Shown here piece by piece: positions 21,174 to 32,800 of a DNA stretch of 64,000 nucleotides. The stretch covers positions 26,042 to 90,041 of the forward strand of contig JAXMFE010000014.1 in the NCBI GenBank assembly GCA_046347985.1, given 5' to 3'. This DNA is from Burkholderiales bacterium. Its GTDB lineage: Bacteria > Pseudomonadota > Gammaproteobacteria > Burkholderiales > Ga0077523. Under the pieces are notes generated by a model. It did no database searches and was not told the origin of the DNA. It worked only from the letters and a program-made list of their open reading frames with translations. The position numbers were made by a program, and so were the translations under genes. Numbering within the stretch: the stretch's first letter is position 1; the number at the start of each line of letters is the position of its first letter.

Positions 21174-21205
21174 AAAGGGCATGCTTCGGCATGCCCTTTT
21201 TTTTT
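21174..21205 (+). terminator. Rho-independent terminator after the PEP-CTERM gene
   Basis: aaagggcatgc-ttcg-gcatgcccttt followed by a T-run of about 9. Confidence 0.85.
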
Positions 21206-21293
21206 CCGCTGGCGCAGAGTCCCCGGGGGACGTGGTGACGGCATGTCGGCTGCGAGACTTCGATCGGGTGGGGCGGACGACTCGGGAGCGAGG

Positions 21294-21776
21294 ATGACCA
21301 TCCCTCTGATGCCTGCTCGTTCACCCGCCCAGTGGCGCCAGGCGCGGCGGCTGGTAGAGGCTTACGTGGCCTCGCTGGACATGGATCTCGCGTTCCAAGG
21401 CATTGCGCACGAGCTGGACAATTTGCCGGCGGTGTATGGGGCGCCCAAGGGCGCGTTCCTCCTGGCGCAGGACAGCCGGCGGTTCGTCGGGTGCGCAGGA
21501 TTGCGCCCTCTCGCCGGTGACGCCGGAGAAATCAAGCGGCTGTACGTCAGCCCCGCAGTCCGAGGTCGCGGGCTGGGGCGAAACCTCGCGGAAGGCATCA
21601 TCGCCGTGGCGCGAGAGCTTGGATATGCCCGCCTGCTTCTGGACACGCTCCCCTCGATGGCCCGCGCAAGGTCCCTCTACGAGTCGCTGGGGTTCCGGGC
21701 GATTGCGCCCTATCGCCACAACCCGGTGCTGGGCACGACGTTTCTCGAACTCGCGCTCCAGGGAAGATCCCGTTGA
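21294..21776 (+). CDS. GNAT family N-acetyltransferase
   Basis: IKRLYVSPAVRGRGLGRNLAEGIIAVARELGYARLLLDT ... SLYESLGF is the acetyl-CoA-binding motif A (R/Q-x-x-G-x-G/A). Confidence 0.85.
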   Translation: MTIPLMPARSPAQWRQARRLVEAYVASLDMDLAFQGIAHELDNLPAVYGAPKGAFLLAQDSRRFVGCAGLRPLAGDAGEIKRLYVSPAVRGRGLGRNLAEGIIAVARELGYARLLLDTLPSMARARSLYESLGFRAIAPYRHNPVLGTTFLELALQGRSR

Positions 21777-22006
21777 CTCCGGCGGTCGCCATGCGGACGT
21801 CCTTTCCGCTGCCGTACACCCGGCGGATCGAGCGGGTCTCGGGAACGTCGCGAACACGGTGCACGGGCCGAAGGCCGGTCCGAGGTCAGGGGGGGCCGAT
21901 CGACGTTGCAGCCTCAGCGGATCATCCGGAATTCCCGGCGGCGCTTCGTTACCGGGTCCGGGGGGGCCATGGGACTTCGTTGATGTTCAGGCGGAGGCAG
22001 GCAGCA

Positions 22007-22404
22007 TGAACAAGCCCGAACTCGAGTGGGAATCTGGCGGTTCGATCCCCACGTTGTGCGAGTCGCCTCTCGTCCCGTTGAACTTCCAGCCCGATGCAAC
22101 CGATCCGGCCCCGCGCCTGGCGTCGCGATCGCTCGAACGCGTGCTCGAGATCGCCGCCGGCACGGGCGTCGTGACGCGCAGCCCGGTGGAAGTTCTGCCC
22201 GAGGCCGGGTCCATCGTCGCGACCGACCGCAATCAATCGATGATCGATCAGGCCGCTGCGATCGGCACGCGTCGTCCCGTGGGGTGGCGACCTGAATCGC
22301 GCACAACATCGATGCCGAGGGTTGTCCTGCGGGAAAGATGCCGCCTCGACTCGCCGGTCGGCACAATGCCATGGCCAGCCATCTCCGCGAAGACGATCCC
22401 GTGA
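22007..22404 (+). pseudogene. Class I SAM-dependent methyltransferase fragment (frameshifted/truncated)
   Basis: RVLEIAAGTGVVTRSPVEVLPEAGSIVATDRNQSMIDQAAAIG is methyltransferase motif I plus post-I. Similarity is lost after ...RRPVGWR and no downstream motifs remain in frame. Confidence 0.55.
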
Positions 22405-22970
22405 CTGATCCTGCCCGCTACTACGACCTGGAAGGCTATCTCTTCGGGGAGGTCTCGGCGCGTTCCAGAAGCACCGGCCAACTCTCGGCGTTCGATTTCT
22501 TCTGCATCGTCATCGGGAAGGCCAATCGCGCGAAGTCGAAGGTGGCGAAGCGTTTGCCGGGGCGTGGCTGTGCCGATCTGCCGATGGCGGTCCAGGCGCT
22601 CACACGTTCCGTCGCAAGTGCGCAAAGCCACAAGGCGCGTCTGAGGGGACTCGTCGAGGACTGGGGTTTTCGTTTGCCCATGGCTTCCGCGATTCTCGCG
22701 GTCCCTTATCCGGACGATTTCACCGTGTATGACGTTCGTGTCTGCGATGTCCTGGATGACTTCCAGGATGCACGGAACAGGACTCGATTCGAGGACCTGT
22801 GGGCACGGTACGCAGCCTATGCGAAGCGTGTCCAGGCGTCCGTTCCGGATGCTGCGACGCTGAGAGACAGGGACCGCCATCTCCGGGACAAGTCCTTCCG
22901 TGCTCCGTTGGAGGGAGATAGCGAGGGCGCGTTCGGCGTTGCGACGGACGACAGGGAACGGGAGGCATGA
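22338..22970 (+). CDS. Conserved hypothetical protein
   Basis: YYDLEGYLFGEV ... LSAFDFFCIVIGKANRAKSKVAKRL ... GFRLPMASAILAVPYPDDFTVYDVRVCDVL. The pattern is recalled from a conserved uncharacterised family. The start may be ATG 22371. Confidence 0.5.
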   Translation: MPPRLAGRHNAMASHLREDDPVTDPARYYDLEGYLFGEVSARSRSTGQLSAFDFFCIVIGKANRAKSKVAKRLPGRGCADLPMAVQALTRSVASAQSHKARLRGLVEDWGFRLPMASAILAVPYPDDFTVYDVRVCDVLDDFQDARNRTRFEDLWARYAAYAKRVQASVPDAATLRDRDRHLRDKSFRAPLEGDSEGAFGVATDDREREA

Positions 22971-23338
22971 CCGTTGCGCCGGCAGTCGTAGCCGAAGGGC
23001 CGTGGTCGACGCACGACTCATGGGTTCGTGCGCCCCGGCTCCGGGTCGTCAGTGCTCCGTCGGCCGTCGGACGCGTCCGCTCACCCGAGCGACGTGTTTT
23101 GCCGGGACTGCGGAGCCGGGAGTCGGATCCCGCGCCGACATCCTTCGGGAGCCGGAGCGTTCACCGCCCATCGTCGGTCATCGGGCAGCGTGAGTCGGCC
23201 GGACCCGTGCACCGCGACGAAGGCATCGACCAAGGGGCGAGGAGTGATGAGCGTCAAGTCTTGCAAACGTGTCTCGTCGCATTGCTGCCGGTGCTGCTCT
23301 CGGGCGGTGCCACGGCGGTTCGGCCCTGCCTGACCCCA

Positions 23339-23652
23339 TGAAGGTGCAGATCACCGTGCCCTACGACGCCTTCGACACGTCTCCGACGATGCGGAAGGAT
23401 CGGGGTTGCGCCGCGTTCATCGAAGTGGGCGGCAAGTGCCTCCTCTTCGATACGGGCAACGACGCCGACATCCGCCCGCGCAACGTGAAAGCGAAGGGCA
23501 TCGATCGGCGCACACTCGACTGCGTGGTCGTGTCGCGTCGACACGGCGGTCACAGGGGCGGCACGGCGTACCTCCCCAGGGTCGATCCCATGGCGCGGAT
23601 CGAGCGCGCCCACGAGCGGCACCCACTTTGCACGGAGGGCATGCGCCCGTGA
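23339..23652 (+). pseudogene. MBL-fold metallo-hydrolase N-terminal fragment with a degenerate metal motif
   Basis: ITVPYDAF ... RGCAAFIEVGGKCLLFDTGNDADI ... GIDRRTLDCVVVSRRHGGHRGG. The HxHxDH motif reads RRHGGH, and the ORF ends after about 104 codons against about 270 expected. Confidence 0.55.
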
Positions 23653-23870
23653 AGGAACTCCTGTCGACCCGGTGGGGCAAGATCGGCGCGGCCCTGGTGA
23701 TACTCGGTTGGAGTCCGCTCGGGGTGATCTCGGCGCTTTCCGCCCTCGGGCTCTGGCCGGATCCGAATCCCAATCCGGTGGGACCGGCATTGCTCTTCAC
23801 GCTCACGTTCTGGCCGGCCGTCATCTGCCTGGGCATCGCCTGGGTCAGGCTGCGCCGCGACATCCGGTAG
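23649..23870 (+). CDS. Small hypothetical two-TM membrane protein
   Basis: GTG 23649 overlaps the preceding stop. There are two hydrophobic helices (IGAALVILGWSPLGVISALSALGLW and ALLFTLTFWPAVICLGIAWV). No family was recognised. Confidence 0.3.
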   Translation: MKELLSTRWGKIGAALVILGWSPLGVISALSALGLWPDPNPNPVGPALLFTLTFWPAVICLGIAWVRLRRDIR

Positions 23871-24035
23871 GACGCCTTGCCGCCGTCCGCGAGCGCAAAG
23901 GAAGTGACCGGAGCGGCACGCGTCGTGACCTTCGGCGTCGATGCTCGATCCCGATCGAGCGGTGCATGCGAGCCCGCGGGCTGCCGGCGCTTCCTATAAT
24001 CGAGGCCTCGACGGCGCACCAGGACGGGAGGCCAT

Positions 24036-25496
24036 GTGCCATCACCTCGCAAGTTGCGACACCGCATCCGCCGCGCGATCGCTGCCCTGGCGGTGAGCGC
24101 CGCCTACGGGGCCCCCGCCGCGCCCTTCGACATCGAAACCTTGCAGGGCGCGCTGGCGTCCGTCCAGCAACGGCACCACATCGCCGGCTACGCGCTGGCC
24201 ATCGTCGACCGCCAGGGGCCGGTCTTCCTCGGCGGTGGTGGAGTGGCCCGGCGCGAGGGCGCGGTGCCTGTCGATGCAGATACCGTGTGGCGTGTCGGCT
24301 CCATCACGAAGGTCTTCACGGGCATCGCGACGATCATCGCGGCCCGGGAGCAGGGGTACGCGCTGGACGCACCCGTCCGATCCCTCGTGCCGGACGCGCC
24401 CTTCGAGAACCCGTGGGAAGCCACCGACCCCGTGCGCGTGGCCCAGCTCATGGAACACACCGCCGGCTTCCTCGATCTCAGCAAGCGGGAGTTCGATTCC
24501 AGCGATCCGTCGCCGCTCTCCCTGGCGCAGGCCTTTGCCGTGAATCCGGCCTCGCGCATCGTGCAATGGCCGCCCGGACGGTTCATCTCGTATACCAACA
24601 CGGGGGCCGGCATTGCCTCCCTGGTCATCGAGAAGGCCACCGGCCAACGCTACGAAGATTTCGTGCGTACCCGCATCCTCGATCCGCTCGGGATGACGCA
24701 TTCCGGGTACTTCCTGGACGAGCCGACGCGGAGCCACCTTGCGGGCGGCTACGACAAGGACGGCGTCACCCCCATCCCGTACTGGCACACGATCTACCGC
24801 GCCTTCGGCGGCCTCAACGTGACCGTGGCCGACATGGCCCGGTTCCTCCACTGGATGCTGGTGCCCGAGCGCAAGGCAATCCTGTCGTCGACCGAACTCG
24901 CGCGGCTGGAGACGCCGGGCACGACCCTTTCGGCCAGGGCCGGGCTGGAGTACGGCTACGCGATGGGGATCTACCACTACGTTCACGACGGCGTGCCGTG
25001 GAAAGGACACGGCGGCGATGCCGACGGTTACCTCTCGCGTTTCGGGGTCGTGCGCCAAGCGGGCATCGCGTATTTCATCGTGATCAACGCCTTCAACGGC
25101 GACGCGATGGAGGAGATGCAGACCCTCATCGAGCGCGAACTGACCAAGCATGTCGAACGTGCGCCGATTCCTCCGGTGGCCAGGCTGACACGCGAGGAAC
25201 TGTGTGCGCTGGAAGGGCGTTACGAGGCCGTGACGCGGCGCTTCACGTGGGCCGGCGACGCGGACGACCCGGTGTTGAACTTCCGTGTCGAAGGCGATCA
25301 CCTGATCGCGGCGACTCCGCTCGGGCGAGAGAAGCATTACTACCCGGTCACGCGCAGACACTTCCGGCGGGACAACGAACCCGTGCCGACCAGTGCGTTC
25401 GTCGAGGACGCGGATGGCGCCCTGGTGTTCCAGGGGGACATGGGGAACCTGAAGCGCCCGCCATTGGAACCGGCGGCATCGTGCCGGAACCGCTGA
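24036..25496 (+). CDS. Serine hydrolase, beta-lactamase/transpeptidase-like (class C/esterase family)
   Basis: Signal-like N-terminus (AIAALAVSAAYGAPA), SxxK nucleophile motif in WRVGSITKVFTG, and YTNTG (a YxN-like motif). Confidence 0.85.
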   Translation: MPSPRKLRHRIRRAIAALAVSAAYGAPAAPFDIETLQGALASVQQRHHIAGYALAIVDRQGPVFLGGGGVARREGAVPVDADTVWRVGSITKVFTGIATIIAAREQGYALDAPVRSLVPDAPFENPWEATDPVRVAQLMEHTAGFLDLSKREFDSSDPSPLSLAQAFAVNPASRIVQWPPGRFISYTNTGAGIASLVIEKATGQRYEDFVRTRILDPLGMTHSGYFLDEPTRSHLAGGYDKDGVTPIPYWHTIYRAFGGLNVTVADMARFLHWMLVPERKAILSSTELARLETPGTTLSARAGLEYGYAMGIYHYVHDGVPWKGHGGDADGYLSRFGVVRQAGIAYFIVINAFNGDAMEEMQTLIERELTKHVERAPIPPVARLTREELCALEGRYEAVTRRFTWAGDADDPVLNFRVEGDHLIAATPLGREKHYYPVTRRHFRRDNEPVPTSAFVEDADGALVFQGDMGNLKRPPLEPAASCRNR

Positions 25497-25821
25497 TCCA
25501 TTCTCCGAGACGCGCCATCGGGACTTTGGTGCATAGGACTATGGACCAATCGTCGGGTCTTCTGACAGACGGGCCGCGACGATCCGGGTCGGCCAACGCC
25601 GGAGACGGTGCGGGTCACGGCGCGCGGTATCGCCATCTGCGCCCGGTTGTCACGACGTGGAGGCAGGGTCGCGCGAGGGGAGCACTTCCCCGATCCGGCC
25701 CGACACCGCCGTGCCGCTGCGCCCGAACGTGGTGCATCGTCGGCAGAGAAATTGCACACCCTCCGGCGACGTGGTTGTGGACGGCGCCGATCCCGAACCA
25801 CTCATCGTGACGGACACGCTC

Positions 25822-26892
25822 ATGCGCACCGGGACCGAATCCCCGCCCCACCTGCAATCGCTTCCGACCCGCCGCCCGGCTCGCGGCGCCTTCCGTCCGT
25901 CGCTCTGCGCTCTCATCGGTGCCACGGCCATCGTCGCGACGGGCTGCGGAACCGTGCCGCGACCCGCGCCCATGCCCAAGCCCCACCCGTTGGGCGAGTC
26001 CTACGGGCAACTCTACGATCCCGCGAAATACGAGGCCTGCCGGCAGAAGACGCCGGGCGATTCCCGGTGCCGGAAATTCATCCTCAAACGCAACGAGAAC
26101 CCGGAGCTCTGGCCGTATCCGGACGTTCCTCCGATGAAGTGGCCGGACCCGCCCAAGGGGAGCGTCTACCGGCCGGGGATGACCGGTGTCGAGTACTGGC
26201 GCGCACTCTGCAAGGCCGAGGCCGGCGAGTTCATCTACAAGACCGTGGAGAACGTGGACGGGATCTATCAGATCCGACCCCGCCGACACGAGACGGACTA
26301 TGCGCTGATGGATCCGTATGTGGTCGAGGATCCGTATGGGCACACGATTGGGGAAGAGGATCAGGAGATCTTCTTTTCTTATGTGTACCCGAGGGAGCGT
26401 TGGGAACCGGACCTTGCGGGTTACTCGTATATGGAAAGCGCGCCGCTAGTCGAAGATGCGAAATCGACGTCTCCGGAGAGGCACTCGTCGCTAAGGCAAG
26501 CCCGATCGGAGAACACACGTTTCGAGCGCTATTTCGGATACGACAGAAGGTACGTGAACACAATGCGCATGGAGTGGACGGGTTCGTTGGCGAGCAACAT
26601 CGGCTTCACGTGGCGGGGGATTCGGCGAACGACGGACCGGGAGTTGGGCGTCGCCGGTGGCGAACTTGTTGTCGTCGATTTGCGCACAAACGAAGTACTC
26701 GGGTTACGACGAGGATTCGTTTTGGGTAGCAACCTCGATGAGGGCAGAACTGTTTGGAGTTGGAACGCGTGCCCCGAATACTCTGCAATGGATGGAAAAG
26801 GAAGGCGCCTCAAAAGAAACAAATACTTTGATTTCGGGCTTTGGTTCATTTCAAAAGTAGCTAAGCCGTCCGGACAGCGGTATCCCAAATGA
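25822..26892 (+). CDS. Hypothetical lipoprotein, translationally coupled to the RTX giant gene
   Basis: Lipobox-like LIGATAIVATGC after a basic N-terminus. No recognised domain. The stop TGA (26890-26892) overlaps the ATG (26889) of the next gene. The 3' third has distinctly lower GC. Confidence 0.65.
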   Translation: MRTGTESPPHLQSLPTRRPARGAFRPSLCALIGATAIVATGCGTVPRPAPMPKPHPLGESYGQLYDPAKYEACRQKTPGDSRCRKFILKRNENPELWPYPDVPPMKWPDPPKGSVYRPGMTGVEYWRALCKAEAGEFIYKTVENVDGIYQIRPRRHETDYALMDPYVVEDPYGHTIGEEDQEIFFSYVYPRERWEPDLAGYSYMESAPLVEDAKSTSPERHSSLRQARSENTRFERYFGYDRRYVNTMRMEWTGSLASNIGFTWRGIRRTTDRELGVAGGELVVVDLRTNEVLGLRRGFVLGSNLDEGRTVWSWNACPEYSAMDGKGRRLKRNKYFDFGLWFISKVAKPSGQRYPK

Positions 26893-29800
26893 GTGAAGTG
26901 GAGGAATTCTCAGGGGCGGCACTTCGGGCGCTCGAAGCTCAGCTCAGTGCGGATTCGTACTTGGTAGATGGAAGTGGGGTGCCTGTACAAGATCTGAGGG
27001 CCGCGTTGCGATCTGGGAACAACAACTTGGCGCCTTCAGTCCTTGTCGACGGAGTCCCGACTCAGAACGAATTGTTGATCTCAATTCCGACCGCAAGTCC
27101 TGATTCTCCGATACTGCCGGGCGCCACTCGTTTCCCAGTCTCACGGGCAGACCAGTTTGGGGCTTCAAGCGGCTATTCAGTTGTAACGCAAACCCTAAAC
27201 GACGCCACCGGCCTCTCCATCACCGTCCTTCGTTCGAACGCGGACCCCGGCGCCTACACGGTCGCCTTCCGCAGCAGCGAATTCCAGACGCAGCGCAACG
27301 GCGGCGATCGTGAGCGCGACATCTACGGCGCCGACATCGATATGCTGGAGCACGGATTCGCCTGGGGCCAACTGGCCGCGGCGGACCGTTGGCTGACGCA
27401 GGCGCGCGCGCCCGGTGGACTGCTCGCAGACGCGCAGTCGGTGACGCTGACGGGGTACTCCCTCGGCGGTCACATCGCGACGGTGATGACGGAGCTGCAC
27501 GCCGAGGACATCGCTTCGACTTGGGTCTTCAACGGTGCCGGACGTGGAGCGGTGGCGCCGGGTTACACGATCCGCGAACTGCTCGATGCCTACACCGCAC
27601 TGGTCGCGGATCCCGACGCGCGCATTCCCTGGTTGATCGCGCCGCGACCGTCCGACCCGATCTCGGAGGCAATGTTGCTTGCGGCCCGCCGGGAGTCCGG
27701 CAATCCCCTGTCGGACGGCAGGGCCACGCTGTACGAATCGGCCCGTCACCGGTGGGCCAACGCCGTTCTTGGTCCCTACGCGAGCGGTCTCGTGTTGTCG
27801 TCGTCGATCATCGATGACGCCATCGATCCGGTGGCCGACGCCAAGACGTACTACGTGTACGGGATGGCCACGCATCACGACGACACGATGACGGCGCTGA
27901 CCGGCATCGCGCCGACGGCGAACCGGATACGGGTGTTCATCGAGGACCAGCCGCTGTACTTCGGTCTCCAACTGGGGGTCTTCTCGTCGGCGGCGGAGAA
28001 GTTGAACAGCGACTTCATGCGCACGCACAGCATCACGCTGCTGGCGGATTCGCTGGCGCTCAGCCGCATCTTCGCGCGGGTGGACGAGGCGCTGACGCAG
28101 GACGGGATCGACACGATCTTCGCCATCGCCTCGAATCAGATCAGTCGGGCGGATTTCAATGCCAGCGCCGCAAGCGTCGAGGCGAATTCGCTGGAGAACG
28201 CGCTGGATGCGTTGCGCTGGGCGTTGCTTCCCGAGAGCGCCCTGGTCGGCAAGCGCACGACCGACTGGGATCCGAGCCCCGACGGCTTCGGCAATCTCGA
28301 CAACCGCAACCGGTTCTACGATCGGATCAACGAACTCGGTCTGCAACTCGACCGGACGGCCGGTACGCACTACACGATCACGCCGCTCGCCACGATGACG
28401 TGGAAAGGGGACACCGGATTCTCCGGATTCTTCACGCGGCAGACCGTCGCCTATGTCATCGGACGACCGTTGTCGCCTGCCGTGCTCGCGATGCGTGCGA
28501 AGGAAGATTCGTACGTCGGGGAGGCCTACCGGACGGCGCTGGAGAATCTCGCGCCGTTCGCGCTCGTGGCCGACCGGGCCATCTACGACCCGGCGAAGGT
28601 CGCGCTCGACCGGTTCTCCGAGCAGTACCTGAAGGACCGGGCCCTGTTCCTCTCCAAGCGCCTGGAGATGAACCTCGACAACAAGACGGCGCCCGGCGGG
28701 GCCGGTGTCATTCCCGTGTTCCTAGAAGATCGCGCGTCGGGGACGCGGATCGACTGGATCCGCAAGGAGCCGGACCGGCGCGGCACGGACAACCCCATTC
28801 ACGTCAAGTTCGGCCTCGACGACAACCCGGCGCTGGAGACCATCGACGGCGGCGGCAATGACGACCGGCTGTACGGACGAGGCGGCAACGATGTCCTCCA
28901 CGGTTTCGCGCTCAACGATCACCTGGAAGGCAACGAGGGCGACGACGAGTTGTGGGGCGGGTCGGGACGCGATGCGTTGCTCGGCGGACGGGGCGACGAT
29001 GTCCTGCACGGGGAATCGGGCAACGATGACCTCGATGGCGGCGCCGGCAGCGATTGGCTGTACGGGGGCGACGACAACGACCGTCTGACGGGCGGCAATG
29101 ACGACGACCGGCTGTTCGGCGGACGCGGATTCGATACGTACGTCGTCGGGTTCGGCAACGACACGATCGTGGACGACGGGGATGGCGGAACGATTCGGAC
29201 CGTCGCCGGGACGTCCGTCTCGGGCGCATTCGAGAAGCGCGGCGAGAGCTACGTTCTCCAGACCAACGGGTCCGTCACGGCGCGCCTGGAGGGGACGTCC
29301 CTGTGGGTATTTCTCGGCCCGCTCGGCAGCGTGCGCATCGACGGCTTCCGGAGCGGCGACCTGGGCATCACGCTGGTCGACGTTCCCGCCAAGGGGGCGA
29401 TGGCCCGCGGCTACGTGGGGGACTTCGTGCCCGTACCCGCGGGGGACGTGGGCTGGTTGCGGGACGAGTGGGGGAACGTGGTCGTCAGCACCGTGGCCGA
29501 GGACGGACGTCGGGACGAATACCTCGGATCGCCGTCGGACGATTCGATCTTCACCTACTTCGGACGGGACGTCGTGTCCGAGAGCTGGGGCGGCGACGAC
29601 GTCATCTCGCTCGGGTTCGACGACGACTCGGGGAGCGGCGGGAGCGGCAACGACACCGTTTCCGGCGATGCCGGGTGGGATGCGGTGGTCGGCGGAGACG
29701 GGGACGACCGCCTGTTCGGCGATCACGAGCGGTCCGTGGCCGACGCGATTGCCGCGGGCGTGCTGGCGGATCCGCGCTTCGCGGAGGCCGATTGGCTCGA

Positions 29801-32800
29801 CGGCGAAACGGGTAACGATGTCATCGACGGTGCCGACGGGGACGACCTCCTGTTCGGCGGACTCGGTGACGACATCCTGGTCGGCGGCACCGGCAACGAC
29901 CTGATCCTGGCGGATCAGACGATGGCGCCATCGCTGTCCGTGCTGGATTGGGCGGCGACCGATCGCCATCCCGGCTGGCATTGGGAGCCGCAGGTCGCCG
30001 ATCCGTTCACCGTGCGGGTTTCGGAGGCCGACCGGCATCAGCACAGCGACTCGACCGTGATCTATGCCGGTGGTGCCGGGAATGACGTCGTCCACGCCGG
30101 TTCGGGGAACGACTTCGTGGCGGCGGGCGGCGGCAGCGACATCGTCGTCGGGGGTGATGGGGCGGACGTGATCGCCGGCAACGACGGCGACGACACGCTT
30201 CAGGGCAATGCCGGGGACGATCGCATCACCGGCGACAGCGGAACGTCCCGCATCGAGGACCACATCGTCGTGGCGGGCAACGATGTTCTCGAAGGCGGCA
30301 GCGGCAACGATTGGCTGCAGGGCGAGGGCGGCGACGACTATCTCGACGGCGGAACGGGCAACGACGTGCTGTTCGGCGATGGCGATTCGGTCGACGGCGG
30401 CGCCCAGGGAGACGACACGCTGGTGGGCGGTGACGGCGATGATCGCCTCGTCGCGGATGGCGGGCGCGATCTGCTGCAGGGCGGCGATGGTCGGGACGTG
30501 CTCGAGGGGGGCACGGGCGACGACGTTCTCCTGGGCGGTGACGGCGACGATCGTCTCGGCGGTGGCGATGGCGACGATCTGCTGGATGGCGGCAAGGGGG
30601 CGGACCTCCTGCGGGGAGGCGCCGGCAACGATACCTACCTCGTGGACGACCGTGACCGCGTCGAGGATGACGAGGGCGAGAACACGATTCGCTTCGCGAA
30701 CGGCGTGACGCCCGACGCCGTGGGAATGACGGTGCAGAACCGGGGCGGCGTCGTCTACGCGCAGATTTCGACCGGCAGCGCAGTGCTGGTGGAATGGAAG
30801 GTCCGGGCGCTGCCCGGTCAGGCGAGCGCAGCGGCGTCCCCGGTTCCGCTTCCGACGTCCTCCTTCGTGCTCGAGTTCGAAGACGACAGCCGTTACGACA
30901 GTGCCGAGATGCTGGGACGTTGGTGGGGCGACGCGGCCACGCTGACGGGAACCCATGGCGACGACAACCTTGCCGGTTACGGTGGAGACGACGATCTCCG
31001 TGGCCTCGCGGGCGACGACATCCTCCACGGATATGGCGGGAACGACCGGCTGGCAGGGGGCTTCGGCGCCGACACGCTGGTCGGCGGCGCAGGCGACGAC
31101 GTGATCGATGGCGGTGGCGGCGGCGACACGTACGTCTTCTCGTTGGGCGACGGCCACGATGTCGTCACCTCCGGTCCTGGCGACGTCCTGGTGCTGGGGG
31201 CCGGCGTCGCGCCGGAGAATCTCCAACTCGTCCGGCAGCCCGACGGCGACCTGCGAATCGACCTGCCGATGTGGGGCGATTCGATCCGGTTCCGGAATGC
31301 CTTCGGCGCAGCGGGTCAGGTCTTGCCACGCATCGAGTTCGTCGACGGCGGCGTCGTGTCGCGGGCGGAGCTGCTGGACCTGCCGGTGGCCCCGATCGAA
31401 GGCACGGCGGGCAACGACCACCTCACGGGTGGCGCGGAAGCCGAAATGCTCCTCGGTCTCGCGGGAGACGATGCTCTCGACGGCGGGCCGGGCAACGACA
31501 CGCTGGTCGGCGGCCCCGGCGCCGATTCGTATGCGATGTCGCTGCGCATGGGGTTCGATACCGTCCAGGAGGAGGCCGGGACCGGCGGCGTCGTCCGGCT
31601 GGGAGCGGGATTGTCCTGGGACGCCCTCGTGCCCGAGCGCGACGGCGCGGATCTGATCCTCCGCGTTGCCGGAACCGGCGGCGAATCGCGTCAGGGCCTG
31701 CGGATCGTCGGTGCGGGGGCGTCGGCATCGGGCTGGTTGGTTGCCGGCGACGGCACGCAGACCCGGTCGATGGCGGAGGTCGTGGCCTCGTTCGAGTCCG
31801 GACTGTCGTCGGATCCGGACTTCGTGCTGAAGCGCGATTTCCGCTTCGCCTTCGTGCACGCGCACGATGCGCTGGCCCGGTCCGAGGGGCTGGTGCACCG
31901 CGACGACTTCGACTACGCCAGTCCCGCGTACGACGCCCAGTTCGTCCAGAGCCGGGTCGTGACGGTGACGCATCGTCTCGACGCCGAGGAGAACGTCGTG
32001 GCCTCGGAGAGCCACGACAGAACGCCCTGGGCGGACGTGTCGCCGACGCTTCTTCACCGCGATCTGCGGTCCCTTGTCTATCTCGATGTCGACGCGACGG
32101 GACCGGATCCGATCATCGTCGGCGATCGAGGCGTCGAGACGAGCGAGTGGAGCGAAACCGCGGGACTCGCGAGAACGACCGGTGCGGAGCGCCGGGTGGA
32201 CGTTTCCACCGAGACGATCCGGATCCTCGCCGATCCCGCAGATGTTCCGCCGGGCGAGCCGGTCCGGGAGCGTTCCTACGACGTGACGTTCGAGCGGGAC
32301 GTGCGCTTCGTCGAGACTGCCGGCAGCGACGTTCCCGTCCAGGTCGTGCAGCGCACGATCACCGTCCCCGTCGTGCGGGGCGACGACGACGACAATCGCA
32401 TCCGGTACCGGGCGCGGGCGATCATCGACGGCGGCGACGGGAACGACGTGATCGAACCGACGGCGGACTGGTTCGAGCGCTTCGACGATCTGCCGACGCG
32501 GAACGGTGTTCTCGTGGACGCCGGCGCGGGCGACGATCGGGTCCAGGGACAAAGCCTCGAAGACGTGCTGCTCGGCGGCACGGGAAGCGATCAACTGCGC
32601 GCGGGCGGTGGCCGGGATCTGCTGATCGGCGGCGATGGCAGCGACAAGATGGACGGCGGCGCCGGTGCAGACCGGTACCTGCTGCGCGCGGGCGAGCACG
32701 GCATCGACATCGTCACGGACGTGAGCGCGGATCTCGTCGTGGCCGAGACCACGGCGCAGGCGCTGCTGGAGCACTGGTATGCGAACGAGCACGCCGGGGA

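Noticed and set aside
21403-22006. First 200 codons of the 333-aa ORF 21403-22404
   Set aside because: This part overlaps the GNAT gene out of frame and has no motifs. Only the distal part (from 22007) resembles a methyltransferase fragment.
23672-25810. 712-aa plus-strand ORF overlapping the serine hydrolase gene
   Set aside because: It is an out-of-frame shadow that is extremely Arg/Gly/Pro-rich. The 24036-25496 frame carries the SxxK motif.
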